Below are positions 28,534-37,349 of a stretch of DNA of 64,000 bases, piece by piece. The DNA lies in NCBI GenBank assembly GCA_963668675.2, contig CAXXMB010000001.1, positions 832,001 to 896,000 of the forward strand, written 5' to 3'. The DNA is from an uncultured Desulfatitalea sp. (GTDB taxonomy: Bacteria; Desulfobacterota; Desulfobacteria; Desulfobacterales; Desulfosarcinaceae). Under the pieces are notes generated by a model. The model searched no databases and was not told where the DNA came from. It was given only the letters and a program-made list of their open reading frames with translations. The translations under genes and the position numbers were made by a program. Position 1 is the stretch's first letter; the number at the start of each line of letters is the position of its first letter.

Positions 28534-30333
28534 ATGACCTCCACTGAAAAGCCTGAAACGGCTGCTGCTACCGAAACAGAACCGGTGTATGTGCCCGGAC
28601 AAAGCCCTCAGATGGATGCATGGTTCACTTCGTTCTTCATCGAGAACCATCTCGACTACTTCACCAACCCGGAAAAAGCTGCCACTGAAGAGCAGGTTCG
28701 ATTCATGGTCTACACCGAACCCAATGACCGTTACTACCCCTGCTCGGACAAGATGTTTGCCGCTATCATCGCAAGGAAGAACTCGGCCCACATCCAAAAA
28801 GCTTACAACAGAGTCCTACAGCGGCTCCTGGCCCTTATCGATAATCAGATCGAAGACAGTCAGGAGAAGATCTATCTCGAATCGCTGATCTTCAACAAAT
28901 ACCAGCACGAAACCCGCGATGAGATCATGATACCATCCAGGCTGGAGAAGCGCCTCATGCGCATATACTTGAACCGCACCCACATTGAAGACCCCTACAT
29001 GGTGGAAAAAGCGACGCGCAATGCAAACGCCCAGGCCCTCATCGATGATCCTGCATTCAAGCAGGCCCTTAACCACGTGGACGAAGCTGCCCTGAAGAAC
29101 CCTCCCAAGACGCTGGACGATATCAAACGCCAAATCGCTTCGCTCGAATTCCAGCGGTTGCTCTGCATCTCCAACTCACCGGAGCTGTGGGAGGGCAATG
29201 AGCCCCAGGCACGTAGCGAGGAGGAGTATCTCGCCATCTTCGAGAAGGAGATCACCGGGAATGGAAAGAGACCGCTTCTTAACTTCCTGGGGTTTGGAAG
29301 AGAACACACCCCCAAGCGGCGCATGATTCTGTGGCTGGCCGATGAGGCCGGCCAGGTGGTTGCCGACCTGGCTGTGATCCGCCACTTGGTCGCTCACGGC
29401 AACAAAGTCATTATCGCCTTCAAAAAGGGACCGCTCTACACCAAGACCGATATTATTGACATCACAGACGACAAGGTGCTTTGCAGAGCCATCGGGCAGG
29501 CCGTGATTGTGGAAGATCCCAGCCTGAGCAAAAACGCTCTGGTTCGCACCCTGCGCGGCGACACTCCGCTTCTTGTCCTGTCGGACGGCACCAGCGAAAA
29601 TCTCAATCTCATCCTCGTCTCCACAAGCTTCGCCCGCATCTTCAAAGAGGTGGACGGTGTCATCTCAAGAGGGATGGACCAACGCCGCCGCTTTTTCAAC
29701 GCTAGATTTCAATTCACCCAGGATGTCTTCAGCATCGCACCGGGGGAGGACGGCAGCATCTCCATCATGTACAAGCCGCGCCACCCCAAGGTGATAAAAT
29801 TCTCCCACAGCGACCTGGAGCAGAAAGCCAAAAAGATCATCGACCAGATGAAGAGTGCCAAAGAGAAGGGAATGACCGTCATCTTTTATAGTGGCATCAT
29901 CGGATCGATCCCCGGAAAAATAGAGACCGCCAAGAAGATCATGTCGCTCTTCGTGGACCATCTGACCCAGCAATCCTCGCTCACCTTCATCATCAACCCG
30001 TCCCAGTACTATGAACCGGGAATGGATGCCGACGACCTGATGTACATGTGGGAGATTGTCCAGCGCAGTGGCATGATCGATATCTGGCGTTTCCAAACCT
30101 ACGAGGACATCGCAACGTCCTTCAAGCTCATGAACCAGAAGATCCCGCCCGAGTGGGTCGGCAAAGACGCCACCTACAGCACCGGCTGCACCAAGGAGAT
30201 GGCCATCGCCGTGGACGTGCAGGAGCACCACCCTGAGATGCAGATTATCGGCCCGGCAAGGGAGCGCTTCATGCGGAGAAAGGACTATGGTGTTGGATCG
30301 ATGTACGACCGGCGCCTTGGGCCGGTGTGTTAG
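28534..30333 (+). CDS. DUF89/ARMT1-like protein with an extra C-terminal domain
   Basis: DPY..EK...N..A, LWLADEAGQVVADL (compare DNAGE), K.GP...D and ISRG (compare IAKG). Coding status is clear; the family call is by eye. Confidence 0.65.
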   Translation: MTSTEKPETAAATETEPVYVPGQSPQMDAWFTSFFIENHLDYFTNPEKAATEEQVRFMVYTEPNDRYYPCSDKMFAAIIARKNSAHIQKAYNRVLQRLLALIDNQIEDSQEKIYLESLIFNKYQHETRDEIMIPSRLEKRLMRIYLNRTHIEDPYMVEKATRNANAQALIDDPAFKQALNHVDEAALKNPPKTLDDIKRQIASLEFQRLLCISNSPELWEGNEPQARSEEEYLAIFEKEITGNGKRPLLNFLGFGREHTPKRRMILWLADEAGQVVADLAVIRHLVAHGNKVIIAFKKGPLYTKTDIIDITDDKVLCRAIGQAVIVEDPSLSKNALVRTLRGDTPLLVLSDGTSENLNLILVSTSFARIFKEVDGVISRGMDQRRRFFNARFQFTQDVFSIAPGEDGSISIMYKPRHPKVIKFSHSDLEQKAKKIIDQMKSAKEKGMTVIFYSGIIGSIPGKIETAKKIMSLFVDHLTQQSSLTFIINPSQYYEPGMDADDLMYMWEIVQRSGMIDIWRFQTYEDIATSFKLMNQKIPPEWVGKDATYSTGCTKEMAIAVDVQEHHPEMQIIGPARERFMRRKDYGVGSMYDRRLGPVC

Positions 30334-30514
30334 CGAGGCTATCCGCATAAGGCGCACGATTGCCTCAAAAACAGAAAGAATACAGCTAACCGAATCTAAG
30401 AGAAATAATGGCCTCATTAAACCCAGAACATATCCAAGCCGTCATCAAGGCAATAAACAATGGACCCTTAAATTATTTTGGTCAAGGCAATGGTGATACC
30501 AGGAAATCGAACTT

Positions 30515-33370
30515 TTACATAGGAATTCTGAATTTCCCCCCATCCTTTTCCCGATAGAGCAAATACCCCTTCTCGCGGGCAAACAGGTAGAGATCCCTGG
30601 TGATGAGAACATCCTTTCGGCAGTAGTCGATGATCAGGTCCATTCTGCCCCGCTGCCACCACTCAAGGGCATCGAGACCGCTCCCGCTTTTGCTTTGACC
30701 CAGGGTTGCCTCGGCGATGTGATCCAGGGACAGACGAAACCCGAGACGACGCTTGACGGCTTCGAGAATATCGAAGGCGGGCAGCTGCATGAAGTCGAAG
30801 TCAGTGTAGCCGTTGAGAACCTTGTAGTCGAATTGCTTGCTGTTGAATCCGACCACCAGATCGAGTCGTTGCAAATGGGCGATCAGTTGTTGGATCTGCT
30901 TCTCTTCGTAGACGACGAAGCGATCTTCTCTGCTGTCATAGACGACGCCGCAGCTGACCCGCATCAGATGGGCCATATGCCATCCCCCGACCTCACGGGC
31001 GGAGCGCTGTGTCTCGAGGTCGAAAACACCGAAGGTCTTGGGGTGAGATGCAAACAGATCCTCAGGCAGTCCATCCGGCACTGGCATGGGCACCGCCTGG
31101 GGGGCAACCGATGCTGACGGTCCGGGTTTCGACAGCATCGACAACAGTAATGCAGCCCCCTCTTTGTCGATGGGGTGGTTTCCGGATCCGCATTTTGGGG
31201 AGTGGACGCAGGCCGGGCACCCACCTTCACACGGGCATCGTTCGATGACAGCTATCGTGATCCCGACCAATTCTCCGGCACGTTCATAGGCCTGTTCGCT
31301 GAATCCGGCGCCGCCGGGCACGCCGTCGTAGATAAAGATGGCGGCACTTCCGGTTTGAGCGTGAAAGGAGGTGGAGAGGCCTCCCACATCGTTGCGATCC
31401 GCAAGAACCAGCATCGGCATCATGCTGATGGCGGCGTGTTCGGCGGCGTGCAAAGCCCCCATTAAATCGTGCCCCTCCTGCTGAACTTCCCGGCACAGGT
31501 CGGGGGGAATGTCGAACCATAGGCCTTTTGTCTCGAACAATATCGGTGGCACATCCAGAAAGCGCTGTCGTATCTTCTCTCCAGTGAGGGTGCGCACCAG
31601 ATCGTATCCGGTGACGCTGTCCGTGATCTTGATCCGACCGATGCAGACGTTTGTCCGACCGATCAATTGGTGCGCCTCGAGATGGATGATCTCCACGTCC
31701 GTGTGGCTGCGCACTTTGGTGTAGTAGTCCACCGTGGCGGAAATCACACGGATGCTGTTATTATCGCTATCCACCGATTCCACCCGATAGGTGCGGCCCT
31801 GGCTGAGGTAGATGGCGCCGGGATGGGTTTCGCGATAGAGACGGTGGGCGTCTATCTCACCAATGGTGTATCCGGATAGCGTATCAATAATCCGGTAGCG
31901 ATCCCCCGTTCCTCGAAGGTTGACGCTCATTTGAGGGCGCTTTCTGCGGCTGTGCAGCCGAGTACCGTCGGCGGTTCGCTTCAGCTGCCCCGAGCGCTCC
32001 ATCCGGGAGAGGACTGCACGCACTTCAGGGGCTTGCAGCCAGCTTTCGTCGGGCAACAGCGGCAGTTCGGCTGCAGCGCAGGCCAGATGCGCTTCCAGAG
32101 CTACATCATTGAAGGCATTGACGACGGCAGTTTCAGCCTCACCCTGAAAGAAGGCACCTGGATGATCGAGATAGTATTTGTCCAGCGCATTTTCAGAAGC
32201 GACCATGATCAGGGCGGAGGCCTGCCCCTGCCGTCCGACCCGACCGCTGCGCTGCAAGGTGGAAACCATAGAGCCGGGATATCCCACCAGGATGCACAGA
32301 TCCAGGTCGCCAATGTCGATCCCCAGTTCCAGCGCACTGGTGGTGACCACGGCCAGAAGTTGGCCGCTTTTTAATCGCTGCTCGATATCACGCCGATCCT
32401 CGGGCATCAGCCCGGCACGATAGACGCTGATTCGGTCTGCCCACCGCCCTGCCCTCTGTTTCGCCCACACGGCGATGAGCTCGGCCATTTTTCGGGACTG
32501 TGTGTAGACAATGGTTCTCAACTGCCTTGCTAATGCGGCTTTTACGAGCTCGATGGCAGTCTGCGCGGGGCTGCCGGGGGGGTCGATGAGAACGGTTTGA
32601 CGCACCCCTTTGGGAGCACCGCTCTCGGTGACGGCGTGCACCGGCATGCCCAATAATTCGCTTGCCAGTTGTGCCGGGTTTTTCACTGTAGCCGATGTGA
32701 AGATAAAAACAGGTGATGATCCGTGGTAACTACAGATGCGCTGCAACCTTCGAAGCAGCTGGGCCATGTGGTTGCCCAGCATCCCCCTGTAGGTATGCAC
32801 CTCGTCGATAACCACCAGGTGCAAATTTGCGAAGAGATCCGCCCATCGCGCATGAAAAGGTAAAAGTGACAAGTGGACCATTTCGGGATTGGTCATCAGG
32901 ACGCTGGGGGGGCGTTGACGTATCTTTTTGCGCCGGTAACCGCTGGTGTCCCCATCGTATATGGCCCCATCCGGCGCCGGTTGAGGTGCGTTGTGCGCCC
33001 ATCGGTTGAAGGTGTTCAACTGATCCTGCGCCAACGCCTTGAGCGGGAAGATGTAAAGCGCGCGGGCCTGGGGGAACGCTTCGATCGTTCGAAGCAGCGG
33101 GAGATTGTATATCAGCGTCTTTCCGCTTGCCGTGGGGGTGGCCACGGCTGTGTTCATCCTCTTTTCGATGGCTGTCAGCGCCTCGCATTGGTGGCTGTAC
33201 AGTTCGTTGATGCCCAATTTTCGTAGAAGACCGGACAGTTGTGGCGGTAGCACCTCTTCGGTTGCACGGCTGTTGCCCGGGCTGCCCGGGTCGCGATGGA
33301 GGGCGGCCACTTGGGATTTAAAACGGGGCGCATTGATGAGCGCATCGATATATTCGGCAATGTTTTTCAA
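30515..33370 (-). CDS. DEAH-box helicase (MrfA/Hrq1/DUF1998 type) fused to a C-terminal DEDD exonuclease (YprB/MrfB-like)
   Basis: TPTASGKT, DEVH, SAT, QRSGRVGR and CPCEGGCPAC; C-terminal FDLET, FN...FD and YC..DV. Confidence 0.9.
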   Translation of the reverse strand: MKNIAEYIDALINAPRFKSQVAALHRDPGSPGNSRATEEVLPPQLSGLLRKLGINELYSHQCEALTAIEKRMNTAVATPTASGKTLIYNLPLLRTIEAFPQARALYIFPLKALAQDQLNTFNRWAHNAPQPAPDGAIYDGDTSGYRRKKIRQRPPSVLMTNPEMVHLSLLPFHARWADLFANLHLVVIDEVHTYRGMLGNHMAQLLRRLQRICSYHGSSPVFIFTSATVKNPAQLASELLGMPVHAVTESGAPKGVRQTVLIDPPGSPAQTAIELVKAALARQLRTIVYTQSRKMAELIAVWAKQRAGRWADRISVYRAGLMPEDRRDIEQRLKSGQLLAVVTTSALELGIDIGDLDLCILVGYPGSMVSTLQRSGRVGRQGQASALIMVASENALDKYYLDHPGAFFQGEAETAVVNAFNDVALEAHLACAAAELPLLPDESWLQAPEVRAVLSRMERSGQLKRTADGTRLHSRRKRPQMSVNLRGTGDRYRIIDTLSGYTIGEIDAHRLYRETHPGAIYLSQGRTYRVESVDSDNNSIRVISATVDYYTKVRSHTDVEIIHLEAHQLIGRTNVCIGRIKITDSVTGYDLVRTLTGEKIRQRFLDVPPILFETKGLWFDIPPDLCREVQQEGHDLMGALHAAEHAAISMMPMLVLADRNDVGGLSTSFHAQTGSAAIFIYDGVPGGAGFSEQAYERAGELVGITIAVIERCPCEGGCPACVHSPKCGSGNHPIDKEGAALLLSMLSKPGPSASVAPQAVPMPVPDGLPEDLFASHPKTFGVFDLETQRSAREVGGWHMAHLMRVSCGVVYDSREDRFVVYEEKQIQQLIAHLQRLDLVVGFNSKQFDYKVLNGYTDFDFMQLPAFDILEAVKRRLGFRLSLDHIAEATLGQSKSGSGLDALEWWQRGRMDLIIDYCRKDVLITRDLYLFAREKGYLLYREKDGGKFRIPM

Positions 33371-33445
33371 TAGTTATTTAATTACGACGGCTTACACAAA
33401 AATTAGACCGATTTTTCAACTTTGGCCGGATGCTGATTTATTTCC

Positions 33446-33473
33446 TTGAAAGTAAAGCTATTTTTGATATAAC
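33446..33473 (+). promoter_or_regulatory. Sigma-70-type promoter upstream of the CNNM gene leader
   Basis: TTGAAA-N16-TATAAC with an extended -10 TG. Confidence 0.55.
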
Positions 33474-33536
33474 TGCAACGTAGTCTAAATCTGATGGTTT
33501 GGGCAGATTGCCCTTCTCAGGAGGAAAAAGCAAGTC

Positions 33537-33674
33537 TTGGACGACCCTCATTTATCCGATTGGGTAACATCCATATTCGATTCTAAAAACACGCCTGCCT
33601 CGTCTGCCTGGCAAACCGTATGTTCTATGGTGATTATGCCCGGGGCCTCTGTGCACCACTTTCAGGAAACATGA
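33537..33674 (+). CDS. Candidate 45-aa leader peptide (MDDPHLSDWVTSIFDSKNTPASSAWQTVCSMVIMPGASVHHFQET)
   Basis: AGGAGG at 33519-33524, TTG start 12 nt later, and TGA ending 4 nt before the downstream ATG. Confidence 0.45.
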   Translation: MDDPHLSDWVTSIFDSKNTPASSAWQTVCSMVIMPGASVHHFQET

Positions 33675-33678
33675 TGTC

Positions 33679-34944
33679 ATGACCGATCAAGTCGTAGCGT
33701 TGGTGATTCTTCTTATTTTGTCCGGTTTCTTCTCTTCGGCTGAAACGGCGCTTTTTTCCATAAGCCGAACCAAAGCGCGCTATATCGCTAAAATGGGTGG
33801 CCAGGCCAATAAGCTGATCAACCAGATGAAAGACAATCCGCACCGCCTGCTGAGCACCATCCTGATCGGCAACAACGTGGTCAATGTGGCCGCTTCGGCA
33901 CTGGCCACCAAACTGGCACTGCAGCTTTTTCCCGGCTACGCCGTCGGAGTCGCCACAGGCGTGATGACCTTCTTGATCCTGGTGTTTGGTGAGGTGATCC
34001 CCAAATCGGTGGCCACTCGCAACAACGTAATGATTGCCCGTACGATTATCTTTCCGATCTACTGGTTTTCGATCATCTGCCTGCCTATCGTCTTTTTTCT
34101 CGATTTCATCCCCAAATTGACAGGACGAATCAAAAAGACCCCCACGGTGACCGAAGAGGAGCTGATGACCTTCGTGGAGGTGGTGCGCGAAGAGGGCGAA
34201 ATCAAGGAGGAGGAGCAGGAGCTGATCCATCGCATCTTCGAATTTGACGACACCAATGCCTCCGAAATCATGACCCCCAGAGCAGATATGTTTATCATAG
34301 AGGCTGATAAACCTTTGGATTTGAAAACAATTACAGAATCTGGGTTTACCAGAATCCCGGTGATTGAAGACACCATCGACAACGTGGTCGGTATTTTAAA
34401 CGTCAAGGATGTTCTGGCCCACTACGCGCTGAACAAAGAGATGTCGGACGTGCGTAATCTGATGCGCCCACCCTATTTCGTGCCTGAGCATAAAAAACTG
34501 GATTCACTGATGGGGCAATTCAAGAAGCGTAAAAACCACATGGCAATCGTGGTAGATGAACATGGCGGCGTCTCCGGATTGATCACATTAGAGGATGCAC
34601 TCGAGGAGCTGGTCGGGGAGATACGCGATGAGACCGACAAAGAGGAGCGTCTGATCACCAAACGCAAGAGCAAAGAGTGGGTCGTCCTTGGCAAAACCGA
34701 TATTGAGGCGGTCAACGAGGTGATTGAGATGGGGATTCCCGACTCGGCCGAGTATGATACCTTTTCAGGCTATGTTCTCGAGCAGATCGGCCGCATACCA
34801 GCTGAAAACGAAACATTTAACATGGGGAGCTTCGAGGTGATCGTCAAATCCATGGATGGCAACCGCATCAAAGAGTATGTCGTTCGTCAGTTGGAGGAGA
34901 AGATACCGGCCGAACTGAATGAGCCCATTGCGCCCCCAAAATAG
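33679..34944 (+). CDS. CNNM/CorB (DUF21-CBS-CorC) family Mg2+/Co2+ transporter
   Basis: FFSSAETA, TILIGNN, GEVIPK, IMTPR, VDEHGG.SGLITLED.LEELVGEI.DE and a CorC C-terminal domain. Confidence 0.92.
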   Translation: MTDQVVALVILLILSGFFSSAETALFSISRTKARYIAKMGGQANKLINQMKDNPHRLLSTILIGNNVVNVAASALATKLALQLFPGYAVGVATGVMTFLILVFGEVIPKSVATRNNVMIARTIIFPIYWFSIICLPIVFFLDFIPKLTGRIKKTPTVTEEELMTFVEVVREEGEIKEEEQELIHRIFEFDDTNASEIMTPRADMFIIEADKPLDLKTITESGFTRIPVIEDTIDNVVGILNVKDVLAHYALNKEMSDVRNLMRPPYFVPEHKKLDSLMGQFKKRKNHMAIVVDEHGGVSGLITLEDALEELVGEIRDETDKEERLITKRKSKEWVVLGKTDIEAVNEVIEMGIPDSAEYDTFSGYVLEQIGRIPAENETFNMGSFEVIVKSMDGNRIKEYVVRQLEEKIPAELNEPIAPPK

Positions 34945-35027
34945 GAGTGGCGCCACTCCCATGATCCGTGGGCGCCGTATAGCACCCGTTTCAAACCCGT
35001 CGTGTGTATATGGCTTTACTACAAGAG

Positions 35028-35792
35028 ATGACCATCAGGACACTCACAACGCTTCTTTTTGTTTTTTCCGTATTGTTGCCGGGCACCTTCGACACGATCA
35101 GAGCCGAAGAGCTGCGCATCGGCCGCTTTCTGGACGCTACCCCCGGCGCAGCGCTTCCACCTGGCTGGGAGCCGTTTAACTTTCCCAAAATAGAAAACCA
35201 TACTGTCTACACGTTGCACGATGATGAAGGCCGCACTGTGATCAAGGCCGAAAGCCGCAATGCCGCATCGGGTCTGATATGCAGGAGGCGAATCGACCCG
35301 AACCACTATCCTTATCTTCGATGGCGTTGGAAGATTGATCGTGTGCCCGAAAAGGGTGATGTTACAGTGAAGCGTGGGGATGACTGCGCGGCGCGTCTCT
35401 ATGTCGCTTTTGCCTATGACGAAGCGGCGGCCGGGTGGTGGGAGCGACTTTGGCATCGAACTGCAAACGTATTCGCCGGCAAGGAGTTGCCCGGCAGCGC
35501 CTTGACCTATATCTGGGCCAGCAAGGCTCCCGAACAGCAGGTACTGGACAACCCCTACGCCGGTTCCGCCAAAATGATCGTTCTTCAGAGCGGCAACCGG
35601 CTGAGCGGGCAGTGGGTAGATGAGCGGCGCAATGTGTTCGAAGACTATCAACTGGCCTTCGGCCGTCAACCGACCGAGATCATCGGAATTGGCATCATGA
35701 CCGATACGGATAACACGGGAGAGGAGATCGTCGCATATTACGGGGAGATATCGCTGGAGGCCCCCGCTCCGTCATCGGTTCAGACAGATTGA
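35028..35792 (+). CDS. Exported protein, probable DUF3047 family
   Basis: Signal-peptide-like N-terminus; YLRWRWK, GDD.AARLYV, L.YIW and MTDTDNT. Confidence 0.75.
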   Translation: MTIRTLTTLLFVFSVLLPGTFDTIRAEELRIGRFLDATPGAALPPGWEPFNFPKIENHTVYTLHDDEGRTVIKAESRNAASGLICRRRIDPNHYPYLRWRWKIDRVPEKGDVTVKRGDDCAARLYVAFAYDEAAAGWWERLWHRTANVFAGKELPGSALTYIWASKAPEQQVLDNPYAGSAKMIVLQSGNRLSGQWVDERRNVFEDYQLAFGRQPTEIIGIGIMTDTDNTGEEIVAYYGEISLEAPAPSSVQTD

Positions 35793-35817
35793 TCCTTTCT
35801 CCAATGGATCGCGCGGG

Positions 35818-36381
35818 CTACTCTTTCACCCGTTCCACATACTCGCCAGTGCGGGTGTCGATGCGCAGCAGTTCCCCTTCGTTCACAAATGGCGGTACCT
35901 GAACCACATGGCCGGTCTCCAGGGTGGCCGGCTTTGTGCTTCCGCTGGCCGTATCTCCCTTGGCCCAAGGCTCGGCTTCGGTCACGCGTAACTCAACGAA
36001 GTTGGGCAGCGTGACACCGATGGGGCGCCCTTGAAACAGCAGCACGCTACAGACCGTATTCTCCTTGAGAAGCGCCTTGCCATCACCGACCTGGTCTTCA
36101 CTGAGCATCTCCTGCTCGTAATTGCTGCTGTTCATGAAACAGTACCCGCTGCCATCGTAATAGAGGTACTCCATTTCGATCTCTTCCAGGTCTGCCGGCT
36201 TGAATTTTTCGCCTGAACGATAGGTCCTGTCGAACTGCGCCCCTGTGAGCATATTCTTAAGTTTGCATTTGTACAGCGCCTGTCCCTTGCCGGGCTTTAC
36301 AAATTCAAACTGCACGATCACATAGGGATCCCCGTCTATCTCCAATTTTGTACCTTTGCGTAAGTCACCGCTTTCAAGCAT
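35818..36381 (-). CDS. efp: Elongation factor P
   Basis: VKPGKGQA (Lys34 type), KGDTASG, KPATLETG and IDTRTGEYVER. Confidence 0.97.
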   Translation of the reverse strand: MLESGDLRKGTKLEIDGDPYVIVQFEFVKPGKGQALYKCKLKNMLTGAQFDRTYRSGEKFKPADLEEIEMEYLYYDGSGYCFMNSSNYEQEMLSEDQVGDGKALLKENTVCSVLLFQGRPIGVTLPNFVELRVTEAEPWAKGDTASGSTKPATLETGHVVQVPPFVNEGELLRIDTRTGEYVERVKE

Positions 36382-36452
36382 GTCGACGATCTCCTTCTTG
36401 GGGCAATCTCCCCTTCTGTTTTAAAACCAGATTTAAATTCAGATCTGTTGGT

Positions 36453-37220
36453 TTATGGGTTATGGCTCGTTGCCCCGTTGTTTCGCGCTGCCGCAACCAT
36501 CATTTTTACCTTTTGAGGGTCCTTCTGAAACCGTATCGGTTTGTTGTTCGAATCGACCGCATTGGTCAACGTACAGCTGTCCACCCCGGCGGGGTTGACC
36601 GCCCGTATACCGGAGGCCACATTCAGCGGCCCGAGACCACCGGCCAGAACAACCGGGATACCACTTTGACGGACCAAGGCATTTGCCACCGACCAATCGC
36701 AGGTCTCTCCGGTAATTCCCACAAAGCCCTGAACCGGTTGATCGATTGGGCTGCTGTTGCCATCCGACAAGAGTATTGTGTCGGTTAGAAACCAGTCACT
36801 GATCGGTTCGAAAAGCGATGCCAGCCTGAGCGTTACATTCTCGTCCGCCCTGCCCTGACGCGCAATCGGTATGGACCGCATGATGTCGATATCCGGGAAT
36901 CTTTCCCGCAGCCGCTTCTGGCGGTCGGCCGCTTGAGCCACTTCCTGTTGCCCCTTTTTCCCGGAAGGAAGCGATTCGCACAGGTGAAGAATATCGGGAC
37001 GGTAGTCATTGACCGCCGCGGAGATGGCCTCCACATCTTTGAACAGCGGAATCAAGCTGCTCTTGCGTCCGGCGGACTGGACCGTCTCTACGGTCCGTTT
37101 CAAACCGGGGTCTGTTTCTGCAGATCGGTCGAGGAGCACACTGCCGATGTGGTCGACGCCGAGCTGAATCATGGTCTCGGCTTCTGACGGCGTCTGTATT
37201 TCGTATATTTGAACAATCAT
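36453..37220 (-). CDS. TrpF/PRAI-like TIM-barrel protein, atypical
   Basis: LTD, GITGETCDW, VVLAGGLGPLNV and P.GVDS; N-terminal QIYE instead of KICG. Confidence 0.7.
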   Translation of the reverse strand: MIVQIYEIQTPSEAETMIQLGVDHIGSVLLDRSAETDPGLKRTVETVQSAGRKSSLIPLFKDVEAISAAVNDYRPDILHLCESLPSGKKGQQEVAQAADRQKRLRERFPDIDIMRSIPIARQGRADENVTLRLASLFEPISDWFLTDTILLSDGNSSPIDQPVQGFVGITGETCDWSVANALVRQSGIPVVLAGGLGPLNVASGIRAVNPAGVDSCTLTNAVDSNNKPIRFQKDPQKVKMMVAAARNNGATSHNP

Positions 37221-37349
37221 GCAGCTTTGCAGTTTCAGCGACGAGATCCAAAAAATATTGACATTTTTCGCCGTGTCTACCATATTCAAGCTAATTTCGC
37301 AAACCGTTTAACTACTTTTCATCATTATATATATACACAAAGGCAGCGC

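Noticed and set aside
34944..34959. Perfect palindrome GGAGTGGCGCCACTCC after the CNNM stop
   Set aside because: Single occurrence with no U-tract, so no function can be supported.
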